A stretch of 64,000 bases of DNA from the human T2T-CHM13v2.0 reference genome, Homo sapiens, in assembly GCF_009914755.1 (NCBI RefSeq), contig NC_060941.1; one strand, given 5' to 3'. Numbering within the stretch: position 1 is the first letter of the stretch; each line of letters starts with the position of its first letter. The notes below the pieces were generated by a model, which saw only the letters and a program-made list of their open reading frames with translations, had not been told where the DNA came from and ran no database searches. Below are positions 10,780-25,520 of this stretch, one piece after another. Position numbers and translations under genes: made by a program.

Positions 10780-11025
10780 AAATAAATACTGTATGCTTCC
10801 ATGTAGATAAAATTTGAAATTATATAAAGACACAATACCTTAAACTTTTCTGGGGTTAAAGTGGGGAATTTCATTGGCAAAGTTCATGCAATAAATGTGT
10901 AGGTGAAGGGAACATTCCATATTTGATTATGTAGGTGATTATCAAGCTTTATAAATTTATAAAACTGAACTGGACTAAAATGTGTGCCTTACACGCAAAT
11001 TATAATTCTATAAAATTGATTAAAA
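10780..11025 (+). mobile_element. old L1M 3' fragment
   Basis: aaatactgtatgcttccat...gcaaattataattctataaaattgattaaaa. Confidence 0.5.
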
Positions 11026-14000
11026 CTAGTTAGATAAGAGAGAATCAAGGGGAAAAGAGAAAAGGCACGTGAAAAAATAATGCCAATGCACTAGAATTAT
11101 CTTTGATGACATTAAATATAGCCTGGTCTTCTCTTAATTCTTTTTAAAATTAATGTAGATTTCTCAATCCTTTGATACTTTTTCCTGAACGCATCTTATA
11201 TTCTCATACATGTTAATGTATGGCTACATAGGAGAGGATTCTTTTACAGCTGGACTGGAACAGCTTGATATTTATATCTAGAGATGCATTGGAAACATAA
11301 CACTGACCCGTGAGCAAGATGAAAATGGCATGTGCTAGTGATTCATTAATATGTTGCTTTAAGTTTAGTGCCAACTGGTCTACATCGTTGAGAATGTTTA
11401 GTTTGATGGTTTACACAACTTGACTTAAGAAGTGTATGACCAACAGTGTATGAGAGAGCCTGCTATAAAGACTTTTCTGCACTTCCCTTAAATTATTATA
11501 GTAAGCTCAAATCTTGAAGGTTCAGAATATACAGATAAAATGTGTCCGTGAGGCTGAGAAAGGATCTTTAGGGAGAAAGGCTCTGTTCCTGAAAGACAGA
11601 CTTTCAATGATTTCCTGCATTTTATTTCTGTTCTAGTTTACCTTTACCTTTATTAATCACTAATAAGGTGGTTCTTATAGGGCCTCATAGGCCTTTTTAG
11701 TTTTCCAACCTATTCATACTTAGTGCAAACCTAGTAATTTTTTGCATGATAGTATTGGGATTTTACTCTGAGGCTAGGCTTCACACTGTAAAAACATCTT
11801 TTTGGAATTGTATCATTTTCAGTCTTTCCATCGTGTTCCACTGTCCCAGCCACACACACACCAGATATGAAGACTACAAGCAACCTCAAAAAGTAACCCA
11901 TCTATAGTAGATGTTTTTACCTCTTGTGAAATCTAAGGAAAATATACTAAAAATGAAGGCATCAGTAAAACAGTATCATTTTAGGTTGACCTCGAGCATT
12001 TCAACATCAGTCTAACTTCAGAATAATACATTAGCAAGGAGAAATGGGGTACTTTTGTGGTTTTTTACACCTGTTATTTCAATTGAAATTGAAAAAAAAA
12101 ACTAATTTGAACTAACCATAAAAGGAAGGTTTTATCAGTATTGAAATAAAATAACAGAAAATGCATTTGTGGGTCTGACCTCAGGACCGATTTTAAATAG
12201 TCAATCCCTCTAACTCTCATTCCCCTTTCTCTGAGCATTAGCTTTATTCTTATTCCATCTTACTTGATGTGGCACTGACAGATACAGACTCGTTCTTACA
12301 ACATATACCATCAGAAGTGAAACCTTCACACTCTCCAACTCTTGAAAAATCTGAGATGCACTTTGACTATTCTCAGATTATGGGTATATTACTTGGATCA
12401 AAAAGTACTGCACAGGGAAGTAGATACTGTAATCTCTGACATTACAGTTTCAAGGTTGGAGTGAGAAAGGGATAGCTCCCTAACAAGGGAGTATCATAGA
12501 AATGATATTTTCATGGTCATACTTCTGTGAACTAGGCAGACATCCCTTCATGTCAACTACATCTCTACTCTACTTTGAACAGATAAATATCCTTGCATAT
12601 ACAAAATTATGCAGTAGTGTAAGCATGACTTTTCATTAAAATTTAAGCAAAACAGTCTATTTAGGTGAATACATACTGATACAGGAGATAGTTCTGCTTG
12701 AATGATCTTTACCCTTGGGGAGAGATACATAAAAGAATGTCATACTTTATTATGATATGACTATCCAGCATATTTATGAGTAAACTTTCATAATACCTTT
12801 CTCTATTGTCTAAAATAAGCACAAAAACCCTTTTAGTTAATTAATATCCCTTTTTAATATACAGAATAAATAGAAAATAGCACAAAAGGTATTATGCCAG
12901 CACACAGAAATAGTTCCAGTTAAAAGTCAATCCTGTATTTTGAGAACTTGACAAAATCATAATTGAAAATAGTGTACTATCTTACATGCAGATGTTGTGT
13001 AATCAGGGACATCCAAATCAACTTACATCCAAATATTTCACAATTAGTTTTTGAAATATTCTGTGAAGTATTATAAAACCAGGCCCTCAGGAATATAAAA
13101 GCACAAAGGGAGCCAGGACTCCAAATAGCCATTTATTCATTTCCTAAGGTTAGGTACAATGAGGACTGCATTTTTAACATTATCAGGGCCATAGAGACAT
13201 TGGAGCTTAAGGATAAGATCCAATTTCATAGCAGTCTGTTAAAGTTTAAGCCAGTCTAATGACCCAAATGTTCACCATAATAATTACCATCTTGAGTGAT
13301 GATGTTATGAATACAAAGGAACACTGCATCTCTAAAATAAACTACGTTTATATGACATGAGACCAATTTGATGGAAAGAAGGCAAAACTGTGAATGGTAA
13401 TTTTGTTTTAATTGTTTTCATTGTGTGTACTCATCTGAAAATATAATACCATGTAATTAGAAAAGTTATCATAACAGAAAATAGACTGGAACCTTAACTT
13501 TTTATATCAAATGTTCTGCACACGAATATGGCCTCCTACTGATGATCTATGGCTCCAAAATATTGGTAGCTATAATTATGCTTTGTAAAACAGAAGCTGT
13601 GAATGTCTTACTACATAAAGACACAAAGAATCATTTCCTTACTCATTCACTGCTAGTAGACCCTGAGGCACAGCATTTCCTGCCCAGATACCTGATTATT
13701 AATCCAGTTTTTGTTAGGGGTACACTAACGTTAACTAACGGAGATTGGTGTTTAAACCAGTTAATGTAAAGAAATGCTGTAGGAACTGAAATATTCCTTT
13801 TAAATTAACAAAAGTGTTCTTTCTAGATAGTCAAAGTTACATGAGGACCCAACTGTATACCAGAAAATCATTTGATGAATATGGAATTAATAAAATAATG
13901 TTTTGTTGTATGGTTTTAGTACTTTGTTGGTGCCAGGTTAAAGACATGTGGCCCTAGATAGGATAACTCTACAGAAGAGAATTTAATTTGTTTGCCTGCT

Positions 14001-14155
14001 TCACTAGAAATCCAACAATTAAGTCAGTGACTCTATTTTCCAATATTCATTTCCTCCATTTTTTCATCTCTTTTTGATTGATGGTATCATTTCGTTATTT
14101 TATTTTCATTGACATGGAATTCATTTTGGCTAAAATGACTTTTTGACTATTTGTG

Positions 14156-14177
14156 TATATATATATATATATATATA
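14156..14177. repeat. (TA)n microsatellite
   Basis: directly visible. Confidence 0.9.
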
Positions 14178-16464
14178 ATTTTAAAATCAATGGAACAATA
14201 TTGTTTCTCTACTTCCAAGATTATCCCTCTATATTCTCTAAAGTCGATACCGTGAAACAGTCCAGATATGAGTCTAGGAATGGCAGTACGAAATACTGTA
14301 AAACTGGAAGCAACTTAGTAGGTAATCAGTAGGGAAAATGAAACTCAATATAACTGACTCTATTTAGTTAATGTAATGATGCATTTATTTTATATTTTTC
14401 ATACAAGTATTTTTTTCATATTTTAAAATTTCAAAGTTAAGTATACATGTGACTACAGTCCTCGCAACTTCTTTAAGGTACTTTATCCGGCAGTCACTAG
14501 CAGATGTGTTTGTCTAATTCTTAGTTTTTTTTCTGCCTCATAATTTTGTTCACATTTGCTGTGGAGATTTTAGAAATCACCTAGATTGTTTGGTACAGGA
14601 AGGAAATCAACCCTGGGCTGCCTAATTACTGACAATCTGTGTTTCTATGGATACACATACATTGATGATTTTGGTTAACCCTTTCCACAAACAGTCATAC
14701 GTCCCATGATAGCTTGCTGTATATTAAATCAAACTTTTTATATTGAAAGTGGATAAAGTAAGCCAAGGTGTTCCAGAAGAAAATACATTTGGTTCTATAT
14801 TTTTAAAAATAAGCTATAGCTTGAAAGTTTCACCTGCAGTCCTAACAAGAAACAAATTGGGATAAATAGTCCAAATAAATGAAACACATAAAAAAAGAAT
14901 CTATATCAAGTGTAATAAATTGTTTACACCTCAGGTTTTTTTCTGCTTTGAAATTTGTCTTGACGTTTGACCACATACATATTTCTGTTGTATTCACTTC
15001 TAAAAATAGAACAGGAAAGATGTGGACAACAAAAATAGGATATGAATTGAGAGAAGACGTGAACTCTCAGAAGAGGAGAAGAATGGCATAAGGATAATTA
15101 GCATCGAGATATTGAATCTCAACAAACTAGGACATGGTGGTGTAGATAATGATGAAAGCATGCTTGATATGTAAACTAGTAATTTGGTCGAGCGAGTAAT
15201 TTTGACATTCAGATCAAATACAAATAATTTAATAAAATTAGACCACAAACTGCATAGTGTGCTCACATAATTGTTTTCATTTTTTCCTTGCTCCGAATTC
15301 AGGTCTGACAGAGGAACAGATAATACAAATAACAGTTGATCCCTTACATCATCTAGCTAGACAAAATGATGCATATATACTACCACCAATGGAAGTTTTC
15401 TTCTTTTCCTTATATCTTTAATCTTATTTTTAAATTTTATCTATTTCAATTTATACCTTTTATTTTTTTTTATTACCTAAAATGTGCTATATGAATAACT
15501 TTCAGGGAAGCTTGGATTAATGCTGCATTTGTTCAATATGTGACATTTTCCAGTTCCTCCATAATATTCTAGTTAAGTGTGTATGGCCCATTAACCTCCT
15601 CCTTTGTGTTTCAGTGCACAGACTTCTGTCATTAATCATCTGTACAACTAAAAATTCAGTTCTTTTTTAAAACTCACATCAGACTAAAACTTTAGAGATT
15701 TGACAGGCACTGGATACTTTTTTATTTTCAAAAGAATAATCAAAATGTCTCATAACTATCAAAATGAGGCTTAGATGGGGAATATGTTTAAGACAGACTT
15801 TGACTAGGGGAAAAAAAGAGAAATAACAAATCCTTGGGTCCAAGTACTCCAGTGACAAGCTTCAAGTATAAATGCAAATCCTTTTAGTTGAATGAGTTAC
15901 TTATTCTAGTTTAAGCAGATAATGCTGATATCAGACATTTTGGTATTATATAATTGGTAGGATTAATAATTTTATAGAAAATTGGCTCATTTATCTTTGG
16001 GATAGCATGAGATATTAAAATTAACTCTAGAAAAGAGAAAATAATTTTACTTCAATATTTCCAGTACATCTTTTGGGGCGTTTCATTTTTTAAGGTACGT
16101 TTTTGGAACTACCTGTAAGCATATGATAACAATATCAGCACACTAGCAAACACACTGTTAAATTTTGTGAAAAGACTTATTGGCTTATGGATTCAGACAT
16201 TTACAAGGTTACTATATCCCTCACTAAGAAAGCATAATTAATTTATCACTGAATAGATAGACTAGTTGGCTTTTTTTTGAAAGCCCAGAGATTATATTAA
16301 TTTAGAGAATGAATATAAAATTGCTTTGCATTTTATTGCTATGGGAATAATTTAAATTGCTTAGTGACTTTTTGCTATTTTGATTTTGTGGTGGTGGTGG
16401 TTGCTGTTAAATTCTTTCATTCTAGCCATATTTTCTCCTCCCAATTTTTCATTCATTTATTAAT

Positions 16465-17420
16465 AATACATTTATTAATTCATTTATTCATTATTCATTA
16501 TGTGAGGAAACATTGAGTTGGACCACCTGATGTAGATATAAAAACGAATTAAATTTTTCTTGCCATCAAGCATAATTGAGGCAGACATAAAAATATTTGA
16601 CAAATATTATAATTGTTATAGTTGAAGTCACTATTAAATAACAAAGTAGCACAGTTTGAGCTTAAACTCCACCTGGAGAGTAGAGGAAGGCTTCATAGAA
16701 GTAGGGCATGAACTGGACTTTGAAGGTTGAGAAGGCTCACTTAAGAAGGCTGCGGGGTTGGCAGTCATATACAAAGCCTCAGAAAGGTATAACCACATGG
16801 AGTAATTGCAGAAATTGACATAATTTAATATTGCTTTGAAATTGCATAGAAGTGGTTACATATAAAACTGGATATGTCAGAACGAGGGTCAGGTCCATAT
16901 GTTCAGCTGAAGAGGTTTCACATTGTTTCTTGAGAAATGGGGAGTCATTTCAAAAAAGAGGAATCATATAAATAGATTTCTGTACTAGTGAAATTATCCA
17001 AGAAACAGTGAAGATGACTGAGTTCATAGTCAAAACTGGAGTCAGAGAGATAACAGAATAATTCAATAAGGTATATATGGGAGGAGGAGAGTCGATTTAA
17101 CACAGGCAGAGTGTAAATGATGAGCAAAGAATAAATATAAGAAATCATATAAATTTCAGAGATTATGAACCTGAAGTCAGTATACATATAGGAGAAATAG
17201 AAGTGGTGGATGCATGAGAAGTAGTAGTTTTGACAAAGATCAATTTTCTATGAAAGAAAAGGTACAGTGCACATTTTGCCTTAAAGTAGCTGAGGGTCCT
17301 TCAGGTAGAGATATTCAGCGTTGACTAAAATATACAGCAAAATTCTAGAAGAAAGGTAATAGAACTAACAAGATTCTATGCTACAGGTATAGCATTAGCA
17401 ATTTTCAATGCACAGTTAGC
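16465..17420 (-). mobile_element. L2 LINE remnant
   Basis: ttcatttattcatt tail, gaggaaggcttcatagaag...ctggactttgaagg, ttcaggtagagatattcagc. Confidence 0.55.
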
Positions 17421-18546
17421 AGTCAAACTCTACCCACTTTTCAGTAACTATATTGTATTTAACTAGAAATGATTTTTTTGAGAAATAGATTTTCAATAAA
17501 AGTTATCTTTAGCTAAGAAAAAGTGAAGGAAAGAGTGGGTATCTAGAATCTAAAGAAAAAAGTATTATTCCTCTATGGAATAATTTTTCTTTCTGTCAAG
17601 CAACAGTTGAGTAATGGGAGTTATATTGTCCCTCAGGGACCAAAACTGGCTACGTAAAATAATAATAAGATTATACTCTTAGGTATAAAGTATGGATATA
17701 AATATAGTAAATAAATACACAGTATAACTGTGGCATTAAAATTTAATGGAAGGCAATGACTTGGAAAAAGAAAAGTTCATGAATGCTCCTAGGAAAAGGT
17801 AAAAAATGAAGTTGAGAAACATTAATCTGATAGAGGGATGTGTCTTCCTTTTTTTAGTGAAGGTATTTCTGAGTGTAAGGTATTTTTAGTGAAGGTAAAA
17901 TTTTTAGTGAAGGTATTTCGTATGTAATTTGTGAAATCAGCTCTCATACTAAAAGTGACTTAATGATCACAAAATCACAAAGACTAGTGATCTTCCTCTC
18001 TTAACATTCTTACATCAAGTTCACAGTCTGACATTCTGACATAGTCTGCCCGCTCAGTTGCTGTGGAGTTGAACTCCTCTGTCGAGTCCATATCCCTAAG
18101 GGATCATAAGCTTTTATTTCTGAGTAAGGCAGAAACTTATTGCCAAGATAATTAGTGTTAGTTATTGGAAGATCATTAATGGCATCAGCATCAAAAATCG
18201 CTCCAAGTGGGAGAGCTTCCTTTCTCTTATGGAGTTTTCATTTAATAAGCCATGCTTCCACTTAACGTGACCAAAGAAATCGGTTGTATTTTATAAATTT
18301 TTTTTAGAATGTATGTACATTCAAAGTGAGCATAGATCTTATACAGAGGATATTTTTAATTGTATATTAAAGGTTTTTTTCTTAGCACATATAGTCTTCT
18401 GCATAAAGAAGCCAAGAAGAAACTATAATGATAAGACTTCTCTGGTACTATCACATAAATAATGAGTTGTAAACAAGCTTAAAAAATACATACATATGAT
18501 ATAGAATATATAGGCATGCACTACTTAACTAAGGGGATACATTCTA

Positions 18547-19085
<539 letters not shown>

Positions 19086-21524
19086 TTAAAAAAGTGCCAT
19101 TAGGTGATTTTGTCATTATGCAACCATCATTGGGTATATTTATACAAACCTAAATGGTATAGCCTACTACATACCTAGGCTACATGGCATAACCTATTCC
19201 CCTTGACTACAAACCTGTGCAACATGTTACTGAACTCAATACAGTAGGCAATTTTAACACAGTGGTATTTGTGTATCTGAACATATTTAAACATAGAAAA
19301 GGTACCTAAAAATACACTATTATAATCTTATCAGACCACTGTTGTATATGCAGTCTGTCATTGAGACTGAAAAGTCATTATGTGGTGCATGACTCTATTG
19401 TTTAAAATAAGCAAGTGGCTTCTCTGCCTAACCTATGCATGATGGAAGGTCATGAGATTTGTAATCTAATTCCTCTCATGCAGAGAGTCACTTTGGATAG
19501 ATAAGAGCAGCCTAAACCCTAGCTGAGGTTAAGTGCAAATGGGTTTGCACCTTTAATTTCTAAATTCTAGCAAGCAAAATTGTTTAAAGTATGTGGAATT
19601 AACAGTCTGACTTTAAGTTGTACTTTTCCTGAATTATTTTATCAACAAATGAATTTAAGGATTTTTAAAAAGTATCAATTGACTGTGACTCAGTAAAATT
19701 CCATCCAAGAAAGTCAATTTCTTTCTTTCAGTCTTATGCGTTCACTAGAGATCTAGATCTGGGGTAGAAAACGTAAGGTTTTCCTTTCTAACATTTTACT
19801 TTCTTACATGAAAAAAGTTTTAACTTAGGGTCCATAAATTGCTGCTGCAAGCAAGGGTCTGTTCAGCTGCAAAAGTGGTAGAAAAAATATGAATGTGTAT
19901 TCTTTTGTTTACTTTTCCCCCTTTAGGAGAGATTTTTCAAAGGAGTTCTTGACTCGCAAGCATTAACATTTATCTGGTGCTTTTTCGGTTCACTCTTCCT
20001 TTTGTGTTTGGAGGGAGCTAGTATCATTCTTTATTTGGCAGGAGACAGAAAAGTCACCTCCATCACACGTTTTTATGGTTCCCCTTTAGCCAGGTTTATG
20101 CTTACTGCAGTGACAGCCAATTTCTCTTTCTTAGCACAGGAAGAGGCAAGCTGACTTGTGTTGGCTTGCTCTCTCTCCACATACACTTCTCTCCTCATTG
20201 TGCCTGGACAATACTAAAGTCTGTTTGACAAGGCCAGGAAGTCTCACATAATCTAACAAATTATGTATAATTTTTAAATAAATTTGATATTAATCATAAA
20301 TGTTTCATGCTGCAGGCATTACAATGAATTTCACTAGAATATTGGTAATGGAAGAGCTGAAACATCTATTGTGCCACTTTGTTTTTTTCTTAAGTGTAAA
20401 TTAATAGAATTATTTAATGACACTATTGGAAGTGATTATGAAAAAAAAACACAAGAGATAAACCATGAGACAAGAACGTTATTCCTTTGCATATTTCAGT
20501 ACAGACCGACATGCAGTAATACCTTAAAAATCTGATAATAAATAAAACCAGAAAACATTGGCAGCAATCTTCTTTGGGGAAGAAGAAAGGATTTACTTTT
20601 GCCATAGGGTATAATACATTTACATCATAATAACACCATACCTGTGTCTTTTATAACCTAGAGAATTGAACTCTTACATGATGTCACTTTTTAATAATAA
20701 ATGCAGGAAGTTCACCTTGAGAGTAAATAGTAGCTAGAGCTCAGTAAATTAACTGAAGGAAGAGAAAAAAACATATGAATAGACAACAGAATGTTTTCCC
20801 TTGAGGAGGAGAGCAATAGAATATTCACAGAAAAGCAATTACTGTGAAACATAGTAAGGTATGCAGAAAAAGTGAAAGGAAAGTTAATGAGTTTAATAGA
20901 AAGATGGCAATAAGAAAAATAGGTTATTAAATTGTTAAACTTATCAGTAAATACATATCTATATGTAACATCTGTAGATCATCTGCCTGACTGCATTTAT
21001 ATGCACAACTTACCACTTTTGCTCGATTGTAAACTACATGAGAACAGAATCTGTAATACATTCATTTTAAAATAACTGACATTTCCTGTTAGAATGCCTA
21101 TCCCGGAGTTCAGATCTCAGAAACACATTCTGTAACTAGGGTCTATCCGAACCTCCAGATCCAACACGTATAAATTGCCTGAGAATATTTCCTGATCTAG
21201 GTCTAGGTTGTCACTTAGAGGTTCTCTTGAACTTAAAAATCCAGCTCAGAAAAGATTTCCATATGTCTTTCCCCATGTTTCTCTGTGTTCAAACATCTGA
21301 GTCCCAAAGGCTAATGATCATTCAAATAGAAACACAAAACAAGAGCCTTAGCAAAAAGTATAATTTCTAAACCATGCTGCAGCAAAGATTCCCTGGTAAA
21401 TGTGATATTTAAGGAAATAAGTCTAAACCTTTACCTAATCTAAATTTCAATGGCATATCATTTTTGCCATCATAAAGGCAAATGCTTTGCTAGTTTGGTT
21501 TAATTTCTTAAAGTATTGCCTTAA

Positions 21525-22154
21525 TGTTACAGGACACCAACACTTACCCAAAGGTGGCCATTGGGTTAGGGTTTCTGCATTATAGTCCCTTCTGTAGTCA
21601 CCAGAAATATGTTACAGGAATAGGGTTCCAATCCAGACCCCACGAGAGGGTTCTTGGATCTCATGCAAGAAACTATTCAGGGTAAGTTCAAAGTGAAAGC
21701 AAGTTTATTAAGAAAGTAATGGAATAAAAGAATGGATACTCTATAGGCAGAGCAGCCCTGAGGGCTGCTGGTTGCCCTTTTTTACGGTTATTTCTTGATG
21801 ATATGCTAAAAAGCGGTGGATTATTCATGTCTCCCGTTTTTAGAACATGTAGGGTAACTTCCTGATGTTGCAATGACATTTGTAAACTGTCATGGTGCTG
21901 GTGGGAGTGTAGCAGTGAGTACGACCAGAGGTCACTGTCATCGCCATTTTGGGTTTTGGTGGGTTTTGTCTGGCTTCTTTATTGCAACCTGTATCATCAG
22001 CAAGGATTTATGACCTGTATTTTGTGCCAACCTCTTATGTCATCCTGTGATGTAGAATGCCTTAACTGTCTGGGAATGCACCCAGTAGGTTTCAGCCTCA
22101 TTTTACACAGCTCCTATTCAAGATGGAGTTGTCCTTGTTTATGTGCCTCTGATA
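21525..22154 (-). mobile_element. MER41A-like solo LTR with an 85-bp PBS-containing 3' extension
   Basis: 21610-22154 follows the MER41 consensus (gggttcttggatctc, gcagccctgagggctgctgg, caagatggagttg); ttaa TSD at 21521-21524 and 22155-22158. Confidence 0.9.
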
Positions 22155-22214
22155 TTAATGCTGTGCCTTAAACTATTATTGCAAGAAATCAAGAGGATGT
22201 TAATATTCTTTTCA

Positions 22215-22761
22215 GCATGACTAATCCTTAGACAGGATTCTTCTTATTCTAGGCCTCTGACCTCTCTTTTCTTAGAACGTTTACATTGGAACACTTCCCA
22301 TTCCATATTATCTCTTTGCCCCTTTGAGATATAAATCTTGTTAAAAGCATCTTACCAGTTTAGAATTTAGGAATGTCTTCCTAAAGAATCTGGGAACCAT
22401 CTCTTTGAAATGTAAATATTTGAGGAGATAGCACCCCAGTTTCCAATTTCCTTGGGAGGGCAGACTCCTAACATCAATGAGTACCAATTAGCTAACACAG
22501 ATGACATAATCTCAAAGAAAAACATTTTGAAAACTCAGGAATAACTAAATATGCTCCATACATCCCACAGATCAGCCTCCCTTCTAACATCTTGCAAGAC
22601 ATTTTCACTGGCTTACCCTAGTATATAAAAACTCTCCCACTTCTTGTTTCATCTGAGTTGAGTTCACAGTGAGTTCTGGCCTTTAACATCTACTGCAATG
22701 GCTTTGAATAAAGTATTCCTTTCCTATTTAACTTTATCCAGTGCAATTTTTGATTTGACAA
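22215..22761 (+). mobile_element. MER31/MER67-like ERV1 LTR
   Basis: ctgacctctcttttcttaga, gcccctttgagat, ctctttgaaatgtaa, aataaagt...tttgaca end. Confidence 0.7.
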
Positions 22762-22839
22762 TAGTTATCAAAAAAGTAGTCATATCAAATTGATGTTTCA
22801 TTTACCCTGTAGTTGTTATAAAATCTATTACCTGTGGAC

Positions 22840-23128
22840 TTTGTTTTTGCTGTTTTGAGATAGAGTTTCACTCTGTCACCCAGGCTGGAGTGCAGTGGAG
22901 TGATCTTGGCTCACTGCAACCTCTGCCTCCTGGGCTCAAGCCATGCTCCCACCTTAGTGTCTTGGACTACAGGTGTATGCCACCATGCCTGCTAATTTTT
23001 GAATTTTTTGTAGAGATGGGGTCTCTCCATGTTGCCCAGACTGGTCTCGAACTCCTGAACTCCAGCAGTCCACCAGCATTGGCCTCCCAAAGTGCTGGGA
23101 TTATGGGCATGAGTCACTAACTTGTCCT
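22840..23128 (-). mobile_element. AluJ
   Basis: ctcctgggctcaag, gtagagatggggtctc, tgttgcccag. Confidence 0.88.
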
Positions 23129-23157
23129 ATTACTTGTTTTGTGATTGAGGGTCTCTG

Positions 23158-23485
23158 TGTTACAGGATTCTCTCCTTAGTTCAGTTAAAGATGGGATCCT
23201 TGTCACATAGCCATGAAAAATTAGTCTTGCAGACAATTCAAAGGGTGAGGAAAATGGGATTTATTGGGAAAAAAGGGAAAAAGGAAGCCTCCACAAACCC
23301 AGAGTCCCTGCTGTTCACTTCCTGCCTTGCAGATTGAATACCAGGTTCTGCCCAGGAAGAGGAGGAGCCTGGCTCCTCTCTGCTGCAAATGGCTCAGACT
23401 TCCTGAGGCTCTACCACAGTGCACACCAATCCCAGTGTGTGGGCTGGTGGGGGTTTGTCGAAAACACCTTTGTACCAGCTGTTTC
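23158..23485 (-). mobile_element. MER61-like ERV1 LTR
   Basis: aagggtgaggaaaatgggatttattggg, cagattgaataccagg, ggctcctctctgctgcaaa. Confidence 0.7.
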
Positions 23486-23974
23486 ATGAGAAATGTCTTT
23501 CATAGGATGATCACAAAAAATGTTATTTTTTATTGTTTTTTCAATGGATAAACTTTATGTTGTTGAGTTATTGATGATATATTGAAATGGACTTTTCATT
23601 ACCAGTGAGGAAAAAGTGGCTTCCCTTTACCTTCCTAGATTATTTCATTAGACTACAAATTAAATGATCATAAAACAGATTACCAACAAAAAAACTATAG
23701 TTAACTATGTACATGCACAGGAGTCCAACAGAAATATGAGATTCAATGAAAAGCCAGATGATTGATGCTTACATAGCATTCTGAGCTATAGAGAAATATT
23801 TGAGGCTTGGGGTTAGTGAAGGATGGTGAAGACAAGTTATAAGGGTGAGGGGGTGGAGATGTATGGTAAATAAATGTTGTCTTGTTCTGCAGATCAAAAA
23901 TAGGTAATAAAATTGTCTCAGAGGAGCTATCTTCCTGTATTGGACATCTGTATTAAGTACTTTTACTAAAGCAG

Positions 23975-24922
23975 TGAAGAGGCAAGGAGAAAACTTCCCC
24001 TTCACCCTTGGAAGGCTCACTGAAAATTCAACTCTCAAAAGAAAGATTAATAAGAGAAAAGCCATCTCATTTATTAAGGTGCACATGGAGAGATCCGGAG
24101 TGATTACCCAAACCCCTAGTGGGGTATAGAAGCTTATATACCACCATGAGGTTACAGATAGAATGGGGACTCAGAGCCCAGGCAAAAATAGGTTATGTTG
24201 GTAAATCAGGTTATAGCAGTAAGGCAGGTTATGGATAGAAGAGAAGCGGAGGCTTGGCTAGCAAAGGTGACCTTGTAATGTAAATGAAACCTTGCATGTA
24301 GCTGCCCTCAGATAAAATAGATGGCATATATTTCTTTCAGGCCTTTAAAGCTGTCAGACTCTCAGTTACTCTTTGCTAGATCCAGGAAAGGGAAGTCCTG
24401 GCTGCATCAATGCAGATTGTCCACAGATGCAAATCTCTGCCACAAAAGATAGCTTTGTAAGGCTACATCTGTTTGCTGGCTCTCTGAACAGCCATCTCCA
24501 TGTATGCCAAATAACCATATTTTGGGGTATGATACTGTTCGGGTCTGTGTCCCAACGCAAATCTCATCTTGAATTGTAATCCCCACGCGTTGAGGGAGGG
24601 ACCTGGCTGGAGGTGATCAAATCATGGTGAGGTTTCCCCCATCCAGTTCTTGTGATAGTGAGGGAGTTCTCATGAGATCTGATGGCTTAAAAGTATGTGG
24701 CAGTTTCCCCCTTGCTGTCTGTTTTTCTTCCCCCTTGCGAAGAAGAAGGTGCTTGCTTTCTCCTTCACCTTCCACCATGATTGTAAATTTCCTGAGGCCT
24801 CCCAAGGCATGCAGAACTGTGAGTCAATTAAAACTCTCTTCTTTATAAATAACCCAATCTCAGGCAGTTCTTTATAGCACTGTAAAAACAAACTAGTACA
24901 GCATAAAATATTTTTTTCTTCA
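23975..24922 (-). mobile_element. MER39/LTR49-like LTR split by THE1
   Basis: tgaagaggcaaggagaaaacttcccc, ctttaaagctgtcagactctcag, tattttggggta...aaatatttt...cttca; flanks gcag/gtag. Confidence 0.6.
24530..24900 (+). mobile_element. THE1D/MSTA MaLR solo LTR
   Basis: caaatctcatcttgaattgtaatcccc, ctgtgagtcaattaaa, ttctttatagca...actagtaca. Confidence 0.9.
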
Positions 24923-25107
24923 GTAGATTTTCTTTATAGATTACAAAAGGACAATTTTCAGAGCTACTCCTTTTCTGCAGTTTCTCAGGATAACCAGCTG
25001 AAAATATACCAAAAGAATCTACTTTGCAGTGGCACATTCTGCTCTCCAACAGTCATATGAGAGTTAGGCTCAGATGTATCCTGAGCCCTAAGAGTGCCAA
25101 ATCACTG

Positions 25108-25520
25108 GTACAAACCAAAAGTAAAATTGTAAATCCCCTCAGCCATCTGCATAGACCACCTCCTCTCCGTCAAGAGCATTCCAAAGTTAACCTGAAAAGC
25201 TAGTTGAGGCCATGATGGGAATGGGAAACAAGCCATGTCTCATTATACTCTCCTCTGTTTTGGAATTGCTGATAGAACAGACTCTGAGTCTGATAGGAAA
25301 CATTTACAATCTATTCTCTGAAACCTGCTACCTGGAGGTTTCGTCTGCATAATAAAACCTTGGTCTCTACAACCCTTTAACTTAATCCAGACAATTCCTT
25401 TCCATTGATTCTGAGTCTGTATAATGGCTTAACTCTTCCTACCAATTGCCAATCAGAAAATCTTTGAGTCTAACTGTGACTTGGAAGCCAGTTTCATGCC
25501 TTTCTGGAGTGAACCAATGT
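25108..25520 (+). mobile_element. MER4D/E-like LTR (3'-truncated)
   Basis: aaaccaaaagtaaaatt, cattccaaagttaacctgaaaa, ccaattgccaatcagaaaatctttga. Confidence 0.8.

Larger units (their letters stand above)
23600..25051 (-). mobile_element. MER34-like LTR split by younger LTRs (pieces about 23600-23974 and 24923-25051)
   Basis: ccctttaccttcctag...acagatta and ggataaccagctgaaaatataccaaaaga...attctgctctccaaca. Confidence 0.55.

Noticed and set aside
13140-13340. Possible minus-strand exon after a tttattttag acceptor
   Set aside because: Stops occur in the frames checked, no clear donor follows, and the peptide is not recognisable.
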